Of a DNA stretch of 64,000 bases, positions 33,501-41,983 are shown one piece after another (the first letter of the stretch is position 1; every line of letters begins with the position of its first letter). This DNA is from Planctomycetota bacterium (GTDB lineage Bacteria; Planctomycetota; PLA2; JAEUHO01): contig JBFWRP010000016.1 of NCBI GenBank assembly GCA_050248855.1, positions 29,121 through 93,120 on the forward strand, in the 5' to 3' direction. The notes below the pieces were generated by a model. That model searched no databases. It saw only the letters and a program-made list of their open reading frames with translations, and had not been told where the DNA came from. The position numbers and the translations under genes are program-made.

Positions 33501-34661
33501 GAGCTCGCCGTGGAGGTTGATCAGGATCGCATTGTGGTAGCGGTCCGGCTGCGCGATCATCCGATCGAGCAGCATGCGCCACGTCGGGATCTCGGGGTCC
33601 TCTTGACCCGCGGCCACGCGTGCTTCGAAGCGTGCGATCTCGTCAGGGCTGCGCATGCAGTGGTTGTGCATGTCGGCCAGCGCGATCGGAACCGGGTTGC
33701 CTGCATCCCAGCTGAGGTCGCCGTCGAGGTCGGTCCACACTTCGCCGGGGTCACGGCGGCCGTTGCCGTTGGTGTCCGTGAACGGCTCCATGGGCTGGAT
33801 GTCGTTCTGGAACGTCGGGGCCAGCTCACCGTCCAGGTTGACGCGGGCTGCAAAGCGCTGCGCGACATAGTAGCGCTGGGCGCTGCTGCCATCAGGCATG
33901 CGGCCGGGGTAGACGTAGGCCCACGGCGTGGGATCCGTGCTGATGCGCGCCTCGTTCGTGTAGGGCGCGTACTCGTCGTCACGGCCGTAGCCGGACTTGG
34001 TGATCCAGTGCGTGCGGAAGCGCAGGCCGGGATTGCGGCCCTCCAGGTCGGTCAGCGTGGCCTCGACGAACGGCTGGATGGCGTCCATGAACACCCACCA
34101 GCCCGGCACGTTGTCCAGCGCCAGCAGGTACACGTCGTAGACCTGGGTGCTGGGGAACGAGTCGCCGATCGTCCGGATCACGCCCGAGACTTCGGCCATC
34201 TTCTCGCCCGGATCGGCGTCGCCGGCACGGCGCCGGAAGATGCGCACGGTGCAGATGCGCAGGTCGCGCGTGTTCACCGTGGGGAAGCGGCGCACGGAGA
34301 TCTGCCGCTGCCAGGCCCAGACCCCGATGTTGTTCGTGTTGCCCGACGCCGGATGCTCCGGATGCAGGAAGGAGCCCGGGTCGTCCGGATCCGGCTGGAT
34401 GGTCAAGTTCGGTCGCCACGACACGCCGTCGTCGAACCCGTCGAGGTCGGCCGCCACCTCGCCTTCACCGCCCTCCACGTAGGCGCGGAGCTCGGCCAGG
34501 ATCGAGAGCGCCTTCTGCCGGGCGAAGATCCGATCCTGCGACCAGTCCGCGCGCTGGGTCCCGCGCGTCACGTGCGCCGCTGCCGCCATCGCCGCCAAGG
34601 CGACGAGGGCTGCAGCAATGAGCAGCTCGATGAAGCTGAATCCGTTCGGGCGCGGGCGCAT
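30525..34661 (-). CDS. Giant (1378 aa) prepilin-type protein with multiple Ca-binding-like repeats
   Basis: MRPRPNG|FSFIELLIAAALVALAAM; about 13 EPFxDx[DN]G[DN]GxxD-like repeats. ATG overlaps the upstream stop. Confidence 0.85.
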   Translation of the reverse strand: MRPRPNGFSFIELLIAAALVALAAMAAAAHVTRGTQRADWSQDRIFARQKALSILAELRAYVEGGEGEVAADLDGFDDGVSWRPNLTIQPDPDDPGSFLHPEHPASGNTNNIGVWAWQRQISVRRFPTVNTRDLRICTVRIFRRRAGDADPGEKMAEVSGVIRTIGDSFPSTQVYDVYLLALDNVPGWWVFMDAIQPFVEATLTDLEGRNPGLRFRTHWITKSGYGRDDEYAPYTNEARISTDPTPWAYVYPGRMPDGSSAQRYYVAQRFAARVNLDGELAPTFQNDIQPMEPFTDTNGNGRRDPGEVWTDLDGDLSWDAGNPVPIALADMHNHCMRSPDEIARFEARVAAGQEDPEIPTWRMLLDRMIAQPDRYHNAILINLHGELLPMPAVRNYSDAAKIPDVKAGWRAVTHPERLRSVRVAGSPASSQEIAWRVYAYKTQWQGVSGLETLTTQQEPFTDLNGNGAYDAGEPFEDWNNDSLWSTSMPIMLSIPGGRFHESVNAATNPSLVIERLAGGIDANGDAAQDPYQDWTRATRYPDVFTDTNADLRRQVAEVYLDLDGNGSRDPSEPFTDLDGDGVYTAASEPLAADYNGDGQFDTSAPEETYTDANGNGRWDGEEPYWDVNGNGMRDLPTVSPAPAWQPWDPVTYDANDASQVNTYVSQYGEPFLDVDGDSTWDAAEPLVDGNGNGIHDGGYRRGEMWFDIRYDGTQTLIWLYGTPLETGHDTTSGRGLPADRRLYEMDYIPCPMPATTAAGGDRFARDLYDTAYVPKNTARWRIAMSPGSLRTGFASTPGGSDGDAIDRVVRLETRWGQDATTGTLWPTRHQPANKSATYAWYTDSAADIPFSERYQFQGDPRHMPYADCDRHGATSPNGYNWYFDDLVDSGNVWGDWPGLDGNRLRHAWQGNRGSSLDVPRLLSWLRNAIVKTEAIYTTLTGFSYYYLSVGGDVGYDAANGFSDSIPMDGTPFGLTGTVYENTIIPDNGTSTLRGSLKYVRSTLGADSSFRAGAGYWWSKPWIGELYPDPAYATQWATWGNLRASSTAAVGAFRLMRRGDVTTTQLPLGTRFSNVFARLADEGCTSVFNIGSASATFHHQYADGQSGNLVDDGPQLADNYNFPLPSTALISRPFALNINYSGGTGPEFSYTTEYPRFSASVVRRFYDHQIGTIGSALVRLREPGTNPRGGYIVVNGIDRTLESGSAFIARYSMLSLIHSYFAGGVSAPNRIKQLPRVQIRTPTLLTELELPAVIPLIWSVEWKRWDGLKYTQSYSDTFAEAESDLVYVPSYSRDGGASWINMLDDTPTQLGILPWDDTAGAPDASKTLSDLNPLGDETYIWVTPAAKLPKGSYLIRVEAYRRSEPLHYSQHMEKIYVNR

Positions 34662-35953
34662 CAAGCACCTCCCGGCGTGGGACGGGGGATGTCACCCACG
34701 TCGGCACGATGAATGGCCTGGGTAAAGCGGTACTGGCCGAGGTTCTGGAGCAGCCTTCGGACGACCTCGTCGTCCTGCTGCAGCTCGACGTGGTCGCCGC
34801 CGAGCCCGCGCAGGTCGGCCCGCCCGCCGACGATCACGGTCCCCGTGAGCAGGGCCGGGGCGCGGACGGTCAGGTCCCCGCCGACCCAGAGCACTCCGCC
34901 GAAGAAGCTGTTGCTGCCGGTGGCAAGCGTGCAGTCCCCGGTCACGACCACGATGGCGGTGCCGCGCAGCGGGCGGGCATTGTCGAACGTGGCGTCGCCC
35001 TCCACGACCACGAGCGACAGCGGCGGCAGCGGATGGGGCAGCTCGGCCCCGTCGTTGGTGGCGTAGACGGCCGCCGCGCGCACACCCGAGAGGTCGGTGC
35101 CGAACACGGACTCCAACGACACGGCGAGGCCGGGACTCGACGTCTGCCCGGGGCTCCCGGATACGTGCGAGCCCGAGAGAAGGGTCGCCGCGCCCGTGCT
35201 GGAGGGGTAGGCGATGCCCGCCCCCGGGTCGCCATGGATGCGTGTGCGCGCACCTACCGTGACCCCATCCCCGCGGGCGGCGCACAGAGCGGCGGACGAC
35301 GGCATGCGGATCGCCATGCGGCGGATCTCGGTGGCCACGACCGCGCGCGCGATGCGCGCGTTCAGCCCCGTTCCAAGCGGCGCATCCTCGAGCTTGCGGT
35401 AGATGGCACCGTCGCTCTCGATGCGCCAGACGATTCCCGCGCCGGCGACTGCACGCTGCCCGCTCACGTCGCGAACACCTGTGGCCTCGTCGCGGCGTCC
35501 GTTGCCGTTGCCATCGACGAACGCCTCGCCGACGTCGTAGCGCCCGTCCCCGTCGTCGTCGGTGAAGGACTCGGCCTCGCGTCCGATCCGGACCTCGTAG
35601 CGGGCCCACAGCCGCGGCGCGACCTCGTAGCTGCGCACGAGACCCAAATCGGGTTCGTCCGTCTCGTTGATGGGCGGGTTCGCGGCCAGGTCGCGCCGGG
35701 GCGCGAACTCCGTCACGGGCTGGTCGGTCTGCCTCCGGAACCACGCCAAGGCATCCACGATGCCGGCCTCGGCCACGTCGCGCGCGTGTGCGGGGGCGGC
35801 AGACTCGTAGGTCGAGAGCTCCTCGAGGGCCTTCTGGCGGTCCAGCGAGGCGACGATCACGCCGCCGAGCGTGACCAGGACGAGGCTGACCCAGACCAGG
35901 GCCACGCCCCGTTCAGAGCGGCGGGAAAGGGGGGGCGAAGCGTGCGTCGTCAT
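34661..35953 (-). CDS. PilX/GspK-like minor pilin
   Basis: RRSERG|VALVWVSLVL (no E+5), VAEAGIVDA, WRIESDG; two DxDGDG/DxNGNG repeats; C-terminal beta-helix-like G-x-L-x-V repeats. Confidence 0.75.
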   Translation of the reverse strand: MTTHASPPLSRRSERGVALVWVSLVLVTLGGVIVASLDRQKALEELSTYESAAPAHARDVAEAGIVDALAWFRRQTDQPVTEFAPRRDLAANPPINETDEPDLGLVRSYEVAPRLWARYEVRIGREAESFTDDDGDGRYDVGEAFVDGNGNGRRDEATGVRDVSGQRAVAGAGIVWRIESDGAIYRKLEDAPLGTGLNARIARAVVATEIRRMAIRMPSSAALCAARGDGVTVGARTRIHGDPGAGIAYPSSTGAATLLSGSHVSGSPGQTSSPGLAVSLESVFGTDLSGVRAAAVYATNDGAELPHPLPPLSLVVVEGDATFDNARPLRGTAIVVVTGDCTLATGSNSFFGGVLWVGGDLTVRAPALLTGTVIVGGRADLRGLGGDHVELQQDDEVVRRLLQNLGQYRFTQAIHRADVGDIPRPTPGGA

Positions 35954-36076
35954 GAGCCGTGCGCGTCCTGCTGCCCCCCCGGCGAGGGACCCGCGTGGCG
36001 GGCCCCCAGGCCCATCGACGCTTCCAGGTACCGAGCATGAGCGCAATCCGGACGCACGGGTCCGCAGGCAGCGGGC

Positions 36077-37708
36077 CTACTTGTTCTTTCCCCCGCCGTT
36101 CGTGAACCCGTCGTAGTAGGTGTCCCGCACGTAGCGGCCGCCGCGGACGACCTCGTTTCCGGAGCCACCGCGGTTGTCGGTACCGGAGGTGTCCGACCCG
36201 TCGTACGCCTGGCCCTCGGTGACGACCACTTCCTCGACGCGTGTCGTGTCGGCCCAGCCGTGCCAGTCGCGGGAGACCTGGCCGACGGCGTCGAGGTACG
36301 TGACGCCGACGGCCGTGTACCCACCGTCAGACAGCAAGACCATGCCGTTCAGTGACAGCGGGTCCATGCCCGGGCGGTAGACCGTCTTGCTCTCGCGGTA
36401 CCGGCTCATCTTGCTGATGAGGTCGTTCACGAGGTCGATGTCGAACTCGATCTCCGCGTAGTCGCCCCCCGTGCCCAGCAACGTGGCGTCGCCGGTGCAG
36501 ACCACGGAGCCGCGGATGTAGGCGGGAGCCTTCATCTCCAGGTGGCCATCCACGAACAGGAGACCGGAGAAGAACGAGTTGCTGCCACTCTCCACGGTGC
36601 AGTTGCCTCGAATCACCACGACGCCCGTTCCACGCAGGGGGTGGCTGTCATCGAAGACGGCATCGCCGTCGATCGTCACGAGCACGCCGTTGCCGATGTC
36701 GATCGGCAAGTTCGCGAGATCGCGGACGGCCAAGTCGGCCATCGAGCGCAGAGCGTCGAAGGGCACGCCGAACACGTCCTCGAGGCTGCCGTAGTAGCTC
36801 GGGATGGGTGCCAGGCCGCCGGTGACGTTGGCGGGGTTCACGATCAGCGGGTGGCCCGTGAGGTCGGCGTAGGCGATCGCGGTGGCGCCGGGAGCGCGAA
36901 GACGACCGCGGGATTGGATGTGCGCGCGGTTGCCCTGGTCCACGACCAAGGCACCTTCCGCCGGCAGGCGGATGCCCAGGCGTCGCACCTCCTGGCACAG
37001 CGTAAGCTGCGCCATGCGCCGGTTGGGGGCCTGGTCCATGGCCAGGTCCTTGCGCGGCCAGTAGAAGACCTCGGCCTCGCACTGCAGCTCCCAGACGCTG
37101 CCCGCCAGGACCGACCCGCGCGAGGTCGACGTATCCCGACACCCGCTGGCGGCGTCCCAGCGTCCGTTGCCGTTGGTGTCCGTGAACGTCTCGCCGGCGC
37201 CCCAGCGGCCGTCGCCGTCGTCATCGACGAAGACCTCGGCCGGGCTCGCAGGCCGGCAGATGTAGCGGGCCCACAGGTTCTCGGAGATCTCGAAGGAGCG
37301 CGTCAGGCCCACGTCCGGGTCGTCCGTCTCGTTGACGACGTCCTCGACAGCGGTGACGACGGGAATGTCGGTGAGGAACCCTCCCAGCGGCTCCGCCACG
37401 TAGGTCGGGCGTTGGATGCCGATGCGCAGCGGCTGGAAGGTCGTGACCGGCTGGCTGGTCTGACGCCGAAGCCACGCGTAGGCATCGACAAGGCCGGCGC
37501 GGGCGACCTCGTAGACCTGCCCACGGGCCTCCCACTCCAGCTGGCTCACCTCGTCCATGGCCTTCACGCGGTCGGTTCCGGCCAGGACGATGCCGGCCAC
37601 CAGCATGACGGTGATGCTGGCCCAGATGAGCACGACGCCCCGCTCCGAACGGCGGGTACGGGGGCGAGAGACGCCGGCGGAGCCGACGTCGGTAGGCAGT
37701 GCGGTCAC
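36077..37708 (-). CDS. PilX/GspK-like minor pilin, paralog of 34661-35953
   Basis: RRSERG|VVLIWASITV; shares RRQTxQPVTxF, NETDxPDxGLxRSxE, PLRGT and GSNSFFxG with its neighbour. Confidence 0.75.
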   Translation of the reverse strand: MTALPTDVGSAGVSRPRTRRSERGVVLIWASITVMLVAGIVLAGTDRVKAMDEVSQLEWEARGQVYEVARAGLVDAYAWLRRQTSQPVTTFQPLRIGIQRPTYVAEPLGGFLTDIPVVTAVEDVVNETDDPDVGLTRSFEISENLWARYICRPASPAEVFVDDDGDGRWGAGETFTDTNGNGRWDAASGCRDTSTSRGSVLAGSVWELQCEAEVFYWPRKDLAMDQAPNRRMAQLTLCQEVRRLGIRLPAEGALVVDQGNRAHIQSRGRLRAPGATAIAYADLTGHPLIVNPANVTGGLAPIPSYYGSLEDVFGVPFDALRSMADLAVRDLANLPIDIGNGVLVTIDGDAVFDDSHPLRGTGVVVIRGNCTVESGSNSFFSGLLFVDGHLEMKAPAYIRGSVVCTGDATLLGTGGDYAEIEFDIDLVNDLISKMSRYRESKTVYRPGMDPLSLNGMVLLSDGGYTAVGVTYLDAVGQVSRDWHGWADTTRVEEVVVTEGQAYDGSDTSGTDNRGGSGNEVVRGGRYVRDTYYDGFTNGGGKNK

Positions 37709-37871
37709 GGGTCCCCCCCTGGGGAGCACCCACCACATCCGCCGGGGTCCCATCGGCAGGGAGGCGCGCGCGACTGAAGCGGAAAACCGCGCAGGCGTCC
37801 GGCTCCGCCGCCGGTCGCCACGGGAGTCTCCCCAGGGCCCGGATGGCCCGGCCGCCGACGGGCCGGGGGCC

Positions 37872-38858
37872 TTATCGGGGCGCGGTCAACGCCTCCAGCG
37901 CGCGCTTGGTCTCGACGCGGACCATGCGCTTGCGCCAGGAGTGCTCGTGGTCGGTGTTGTCGAGCGGGCGGGCGGGCTTCCACGCGGCGGCGGCGGCGGC
38001 CGCGATGCGCTCGGCGTCGGCCACCTCCCCCACCAGCAGCGCCTCGGCCGCCGTGCAGCGGATCGGGGAGGAGCCTACGCCGTTGACCACGATCGCCACC
38101 TCGGCCACGCGGTCGCCTTCGCGGCGCAGACGTACCGCCACCCCGGCCACGGGGAAGTCGAAGGCCCCGCGGCGACGCACCTTGCGGTAGGTGCTGACGG
38201 CCTCGCCTTGCGCGGGCACCGTCAAGGACGCGAGCACCTCGTCGGGGCGCTTGGCGAGGTAGTCGATGCCGTCGTCGCGGAAGAGATCCCCCACCGCGAC
38301 CTCGCGCTCGCCGTCGGGGCCGACCAGGCGCGCCCGCGCGCCCAGCGCGATCAGCGCCGGCACGCCGTCGGACGAGTTGACGGCCCAGCAGCGGGGGCTG
38401 CTCGGCGCCACCCAGCACGTCGTGCCGTCGCACTTCATGCAGAAATCGATGGCCCGGCGCCACTCCCAGGTCTGGTTGTAGTAGTTGCAGCGCGTGTCCA
38501 GGCACACGTTGCCGCCGATGGTTCCCATGTTGCGCAGCACGGGGGTGCTGATGGTCGTCACGGCCTCGACCAAGGCGGGGGCCAGTCGGGCCGCCGTCGC
38601 GTCGCGTTCGAGCGTCCGCAGCGTGGTTCCCGCCCCGACGACCAAGTCGCCGGCGGACGTGGTCGAGACGCCGGCAAAGCCCGCGACGCCCGCCAAGCCC
38701 ACGAGCGTCGAAGCCCGCTGGTGCCGACGCTTCATGTTGGGGAACAGGTCCGTGCCGCCCGCCACGACGCGCGCCGCGGGGCCCTCGCCTGCGAGGATGC
38801 GCACGACCTCGGCCAGGTCCTTCGGCGCGTGCCATCGGAAGGGGGGAAGGCGCATCAT
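37872..38858 (-). CDS. Xanthine dehydrogenase-family FAD subunit with HcrB-type [4Fe-4S] insert
   Basis: AGGTDL, RNMGTIGGN, CLDTRC...CMKCDGTTC...RC, RRRGAFDFP; ATGA overlap with the upstream gene. Confidence 0.88.
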   Translation of the reverse strand: MMRLPPFRWHAPKDLAEVVRILAGEGPAARVVAGGTDLFPNMKRRHQRASTLVGLAGVAGFAGVSTTSAGDLVVGAGTTLRTLERDATAARLAPALVEAVTTISTPVLRNMGTIGGNVCLDTRCNYYNQTWEWRRAIDFCMKCDGTTCWVAPSSPRCWAVNSSDGVPALIALGARARLVGPDGEREVAVGDLFRDDGIDYLAKRPDEVLASLTVPAQGEAVSTYRKVRRRGAFDFPVAGVAVRLRREGDRVAEVAIVVNGVGSSPIRCTAAEALLVGEVADAERIAAAAAAAWKPARPLDNTDHEHSWRKRMVRVETKRALEALTAPR

Positions 38859-41338
38859 GGCGCAGTGCTCTCCTTCGTGGGCCGCCCCGTACGCGGCGCC
38901 GTGCCGTCCCCGCCCTCGGCGAGTGTCTTGATGCGGACCGTGTCCTCGATGCGCAGGTCCGGAAGCGGCTTGGGGCCGCACCGGCGATCCGCGCGCTCCA
39001 GCGCCTTCAGCACGCGCTCCGGCGTGATGGGCGTCATGTCCACCCGCACGCCGACCGCGTCGTACACCGCGTTGGCAATGGCCGGCATCATCGGCAGCAA
39101 GGGGCCCTGGCCGACTTCCTTGGCGCCGAACGGCCCATTGGGGTCCGGGTCGCTCACGAGGTAGGTGACGACTTCCGGCATCTCCTTGGTCGTGGGGCTC
39201 TTGTAGTCGAGCAGCGACGGGATCTTGTGCACGCCGAAGCGGTTGGGGCGGTAGGTCATCTCTTCCATGAGCGCCTCGCCCAGGCCCATGTAGACGCTGC
39301 CCTCCACCTGCCCGATCACGAGCATCTCGTTGATCGACTGGCCGATGTCGTGGGCGATCCAGACCTTGTCGACGGTGACGACGCCCGTCTCTTCGTCGAC
39401 GTCCACCTCGACCACGGCGGCGCTGTAGGAATAGGCTGGCGATGGCCCCACGCCGGCGCCGCGGTAGCGGCCGGGGCTGGGCGGCGGCGTGTAGCTGCCC
39501 GCCGTGGCGATCGTGCCGTGCTCGGCCTCGGCCTGCGACACGGCCTCGGAGAACGTGATGCCGCGATCGGGGTCCTGCACGTCGAACACGCGGCCGTCGG
39601 CGAAACGCAGCCGGTTGCCGGGCACGCCCAGCGTCTTGCCCGCCGCACGCGCCACGATCTCGCGGGCCCGCTCGGCGGCCTGGATGGCCGCGTTGCCCAC
39701 CATCAGCGTGACGCGGCTCGAGTACGAGCCCAGGTCCACGGGCGTGAGGTCGGTGTCGGCGGCCGTCACGCGGATGTCGGTCAGGTCGACTCCGAGGATC
39801 TCGGCGACACAGGTCGCCAGCACGGTGTCGCTGCCCTGACCGATGTCCGTCTCGCCGCAGAACACCGCGACGCCGCCGCCGCGGTCCAGCTTGAGCGTGA
39901 CGCCGGAGTGCGGCATCGCATTCCAGTAGATGGGCAGGCCCGCGCCGCAGATGTAGGACGAGCACGCCAAGCCCACGCCGCGGCCCCGCGGCAGCTTGCC
40001 GCGCTTCTGGCGCCAGCCGCTGCCCTCCACGACCTTCTCGATGCACGGCCCGAGGCCCATCGAGCCGATGCGTAGCCAGTTGGCCGTGATGCCGTGCGCG
40101 GGCTGGAGCTGCATGAGGCGCAGGTCGGCCGGATCGATGCCCAGGGCCTCCGCGGCGCGGTCCATCTGGATCTCGAGGGCGAAGCGCGGCTGCGGGGTGC
40201 CGTGACCGCGCTTGGGGCCGCACGGCGGCTTGTTGGTGAACGTGCGCACGCCGTCGAAGCGATACGCGGGGATCTCGTACGTCACGGTCTGCAGCGCACC
40301 CGTGTAGTAGGTGCTGGCCACGCCGTACGAGCCGTAGGCGCCGCCGTCGAGCAGTGTCTGGAAGTGCAGGCCCGTGATGCGGCCGTCCTTGCGGAAGCCC
40401 ATGGCAGCGCGCATGTGCACCGGGTGGCGACCACGGTGGCAGTAGAAGACCTCCTCGCGCGTGAGGCAGATCTTGACGGGCCGATTGGTGCGCCGCGCCA
40501 GCTCGGCCACCACGATCTCGTGGTTGAACGGATCGCTCTTGCCGCCGAACCCACCCCCGTTGGGGCACGCGATGATGCGCACGCGCGAGGGCGGGAGCCC
40601 GAGCACCTTGCTGGCTGCCCGATGCAGGTAGTGCGGGGTCTGCGTGCTGGACCAGATCGTCATCCGGCCGTCGGGCTCTTGCCACGCCAGTGTCGCGTGC
40701 TGCTCCATCGGCAGGTGCGTGTTGCCCTCGTAGAAGAACTCGTGGTCCAGCAGGAGGTCGGCGTCGGCGAGCGCAGCGGCCACGTTCCCGAACTCCATCG
40801 AGACGCGCTTGTGGACGTTGCCGTCGTCCCCGTAGTCGTGGATGGGCTCGATCTCGTTCTTGATGGCGTCGGCGGGCTCGAACACGGGGTCGAGCGGCTC
40901 GTACTCGACGCGGATGTGCGACAGCGCCTCGAAGGCCGTCTCCTCGTCGATCGCAGCCACGGCGGCCACGGGATCGCCCACGAAGCGCACCTTGTCGCGG
41001 CAGAGGGCGTGCTCGTCCTGGCTGACCGGCAGGATGCCGAACGACGTCGGCAAGGCCTCGCCCGTGAGCACGGCCACCACGCCCGGCAACGCCTCGGCCG
41101 CGGACGTGTCGACGCGCACCAGGCGGGCGTGGGCGACGTGGCTGCGGAGCAGCTTGGCGTGCAGCATCCGCGGCAGCGAGAGGTCGTCGGCGAACCGCGT
41201 GGCGCCCGTGACCTTGGCGCAGCCGTCCACCTTGACGGGCGAGCGCCCGATCAGGCGGTAGCCCTCGCGCAGCTGCTCGGCGAGGCCCTCGGCCTCGGGC
41301 GTGGACGGCGCCGGGCGGCCCTTCGCAGCATCGCTCAT
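38855..41338 (-). CDS. Xanthine dehydrogenase-family molybdopterin subunit (HcrA-like)
   Basis: KVTG, STQTPH, GGGFGGK, RGHG, IGQGSDT, SSRVT, GQVEG, GPFGAKEVGQG. Confidence 0.9.
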   Translation of the reverse strand: MSDAAKGRPAPSTPEAEGLAEQLREGYRLIGRSPVKVDGCAKVTGATRFADDLSLPRMLHAKLLRSHVAHARLVRVDTSAAEALPGVVAVLTGEALPTSFGILPVSQDEHALCRDKVRFVGDPVAAVAAIDEETAFEALSHIRVEYEPLDPVFEPADAIKNEIEPIHDYGDDGNVHKRVSMEFGNVAAALADADLLLDHEFFYEGNTHLPMEQHATLAWQEPDGRMTIWSSTQTPHYLHRAASKVLGLPPSRVRIIACPNGGGFGGKSDPFNHEIVVAELARRTNRPVKICLTREEVFYCHRGRHPVHMRAAMGFRKDGRITGLHFQTLLDGGAYGSYGVASTYYTGALQTVTYEIPAYRFDGVRTFTNKPPCGPKRGHGTPQPRFALEIQMDRAAEALGIDPADLRLMQLQPAHGITANWLRIGSMGLGPCIEKVVEGSGWRQKRGKLPRGRGVGLACSSYICGAGLPIYWNAMPHSGVTLKLDRGGGVAVFCGETDIGQGSDTVLATCVAEILGVDLTDIRVTAADTDLTPVDLGSYSSRVTLMVGNAAIQAAERAREIVARAAGKTLGVPGNRLRFADGRVFDVQDPDRGITFSEAVSQAEAEHGTIATAGSYTPPPSPGRYRGAGVGPSPAYSYSAAVVEVDVDEETGVVTVDKVWIAHDIGQSINEMLVIGQVEGSVYMGLGEALMEEMTYRPNRFGVHKIPSLLDYKSPTTKEMPEVVTYLVSDPDPNGPFGAKEVGQGPLLPMMPAIANAVYDAVGVRVDMTPITPERVLKALERADRRCGPKPLPDLRIEDTVRIKTLAEGGDGTAPRTGRPTKESTAP

Positions 41339-41868
41339 CGGCTCGCTCCCGGCGTGGTGCGCGCGGCCGCGGCCTGCTCGACGGCCTCGTAGATCTTGAG
41401 GTAGCCCGTGCACCGGCAGAGGTTGCCGGACAGCTCCTCGACGATGCGCTCCCGCGAGGGCTGGGGGTCGCTGCGCAGCAGCGCCTCGGCCGTCAGCAGG
41501 AAGCCCGGCGTGCAGTAGCCGCACTGCGCGGCGCCCAGCTCGGCGAACGCCTGCTGCAAGGGGTGCAGCCCGTCGGCGCCGGCCATCCCCTCCACGGTCT
41601 CGATCGAGCGGCCGGCGGCCTGGACCCCGAGCAGGAGGCAGGACAGCTGGGGCTCGCCGTCCACGAGGACGGTGCAGGTACCGCACTCGCCCAGCTCGCA
41701 GCCATGCTTGGTGCCCGTGAGGCCCATGTCCTCGCGCAGCACCTCGAGCAGGGTCTTGTGCGGGAGGAAGGCCAGCTCGTGGTCTTCGCCGTTCACATGC
41801 AGGATCACGTGCGCCTTGCGGCGCGGGTCGTCCGCCGGATGCGCGCCGCCCTCGGATGCCACCGTCAT
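41335..41868 (-). CDS. Xanthine dehydrogenase-family 2x[2Fe-2S] subunit (HcrC-like)
   Basis: GTKHGCELGECGTC...SC; QCGYCTPG...NLCRCTGY. Confidence 0.92.
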   Translation of the reverse strand: MTVASEGGAHPADDPRRKAHVILHVNGEDHELAFLPHKTLLEVLREDMGLTGTKHGCELGECGTCTVLVDGEPQLSCLLLGVQAAGRSIETVEGMAGADGLHPLQQAFAELGAAQCGYCTPGFLLTAEALLRSDPQPSRERIVEELSGNLCRCTGYLKIYEAVEQAAAARTTPGASR

Positions 41869-41983
41869 GCGCGTGCTCCTCCCGGCGGCCGTCCGCCCGG
41901 GACGGCCGGCCGCGATCCTACGCCCCCCACCTCGACCCCGGACGTGAACTGCGACCGGCCGCCGGCATGGGGGCCGCGCGCCG

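Noticed and set aside
32570..33790. GCCGTTGCCGTT-like DNA repeats as a DGR or nucleotide-level repeat system
   Set aside because: They encode the DxNGNG protein repeats, vary at synonymous sites, and no reverse transcriptase is present.
30459..34712. 1417-aa plus-strand ORF
   Set aside because: Mirror frame of the giant pilin gene; the minus strand has the signal peptide, repeats and operon coupling.
37872..40685. Apparent 937-aa fusion ending in the FAD subunit
   Set aside because: The upstream part is an off-frame read through the Mo-subunit gene; the true start is ATG 38858 with an ATGA overlap. No frameshift is needed.
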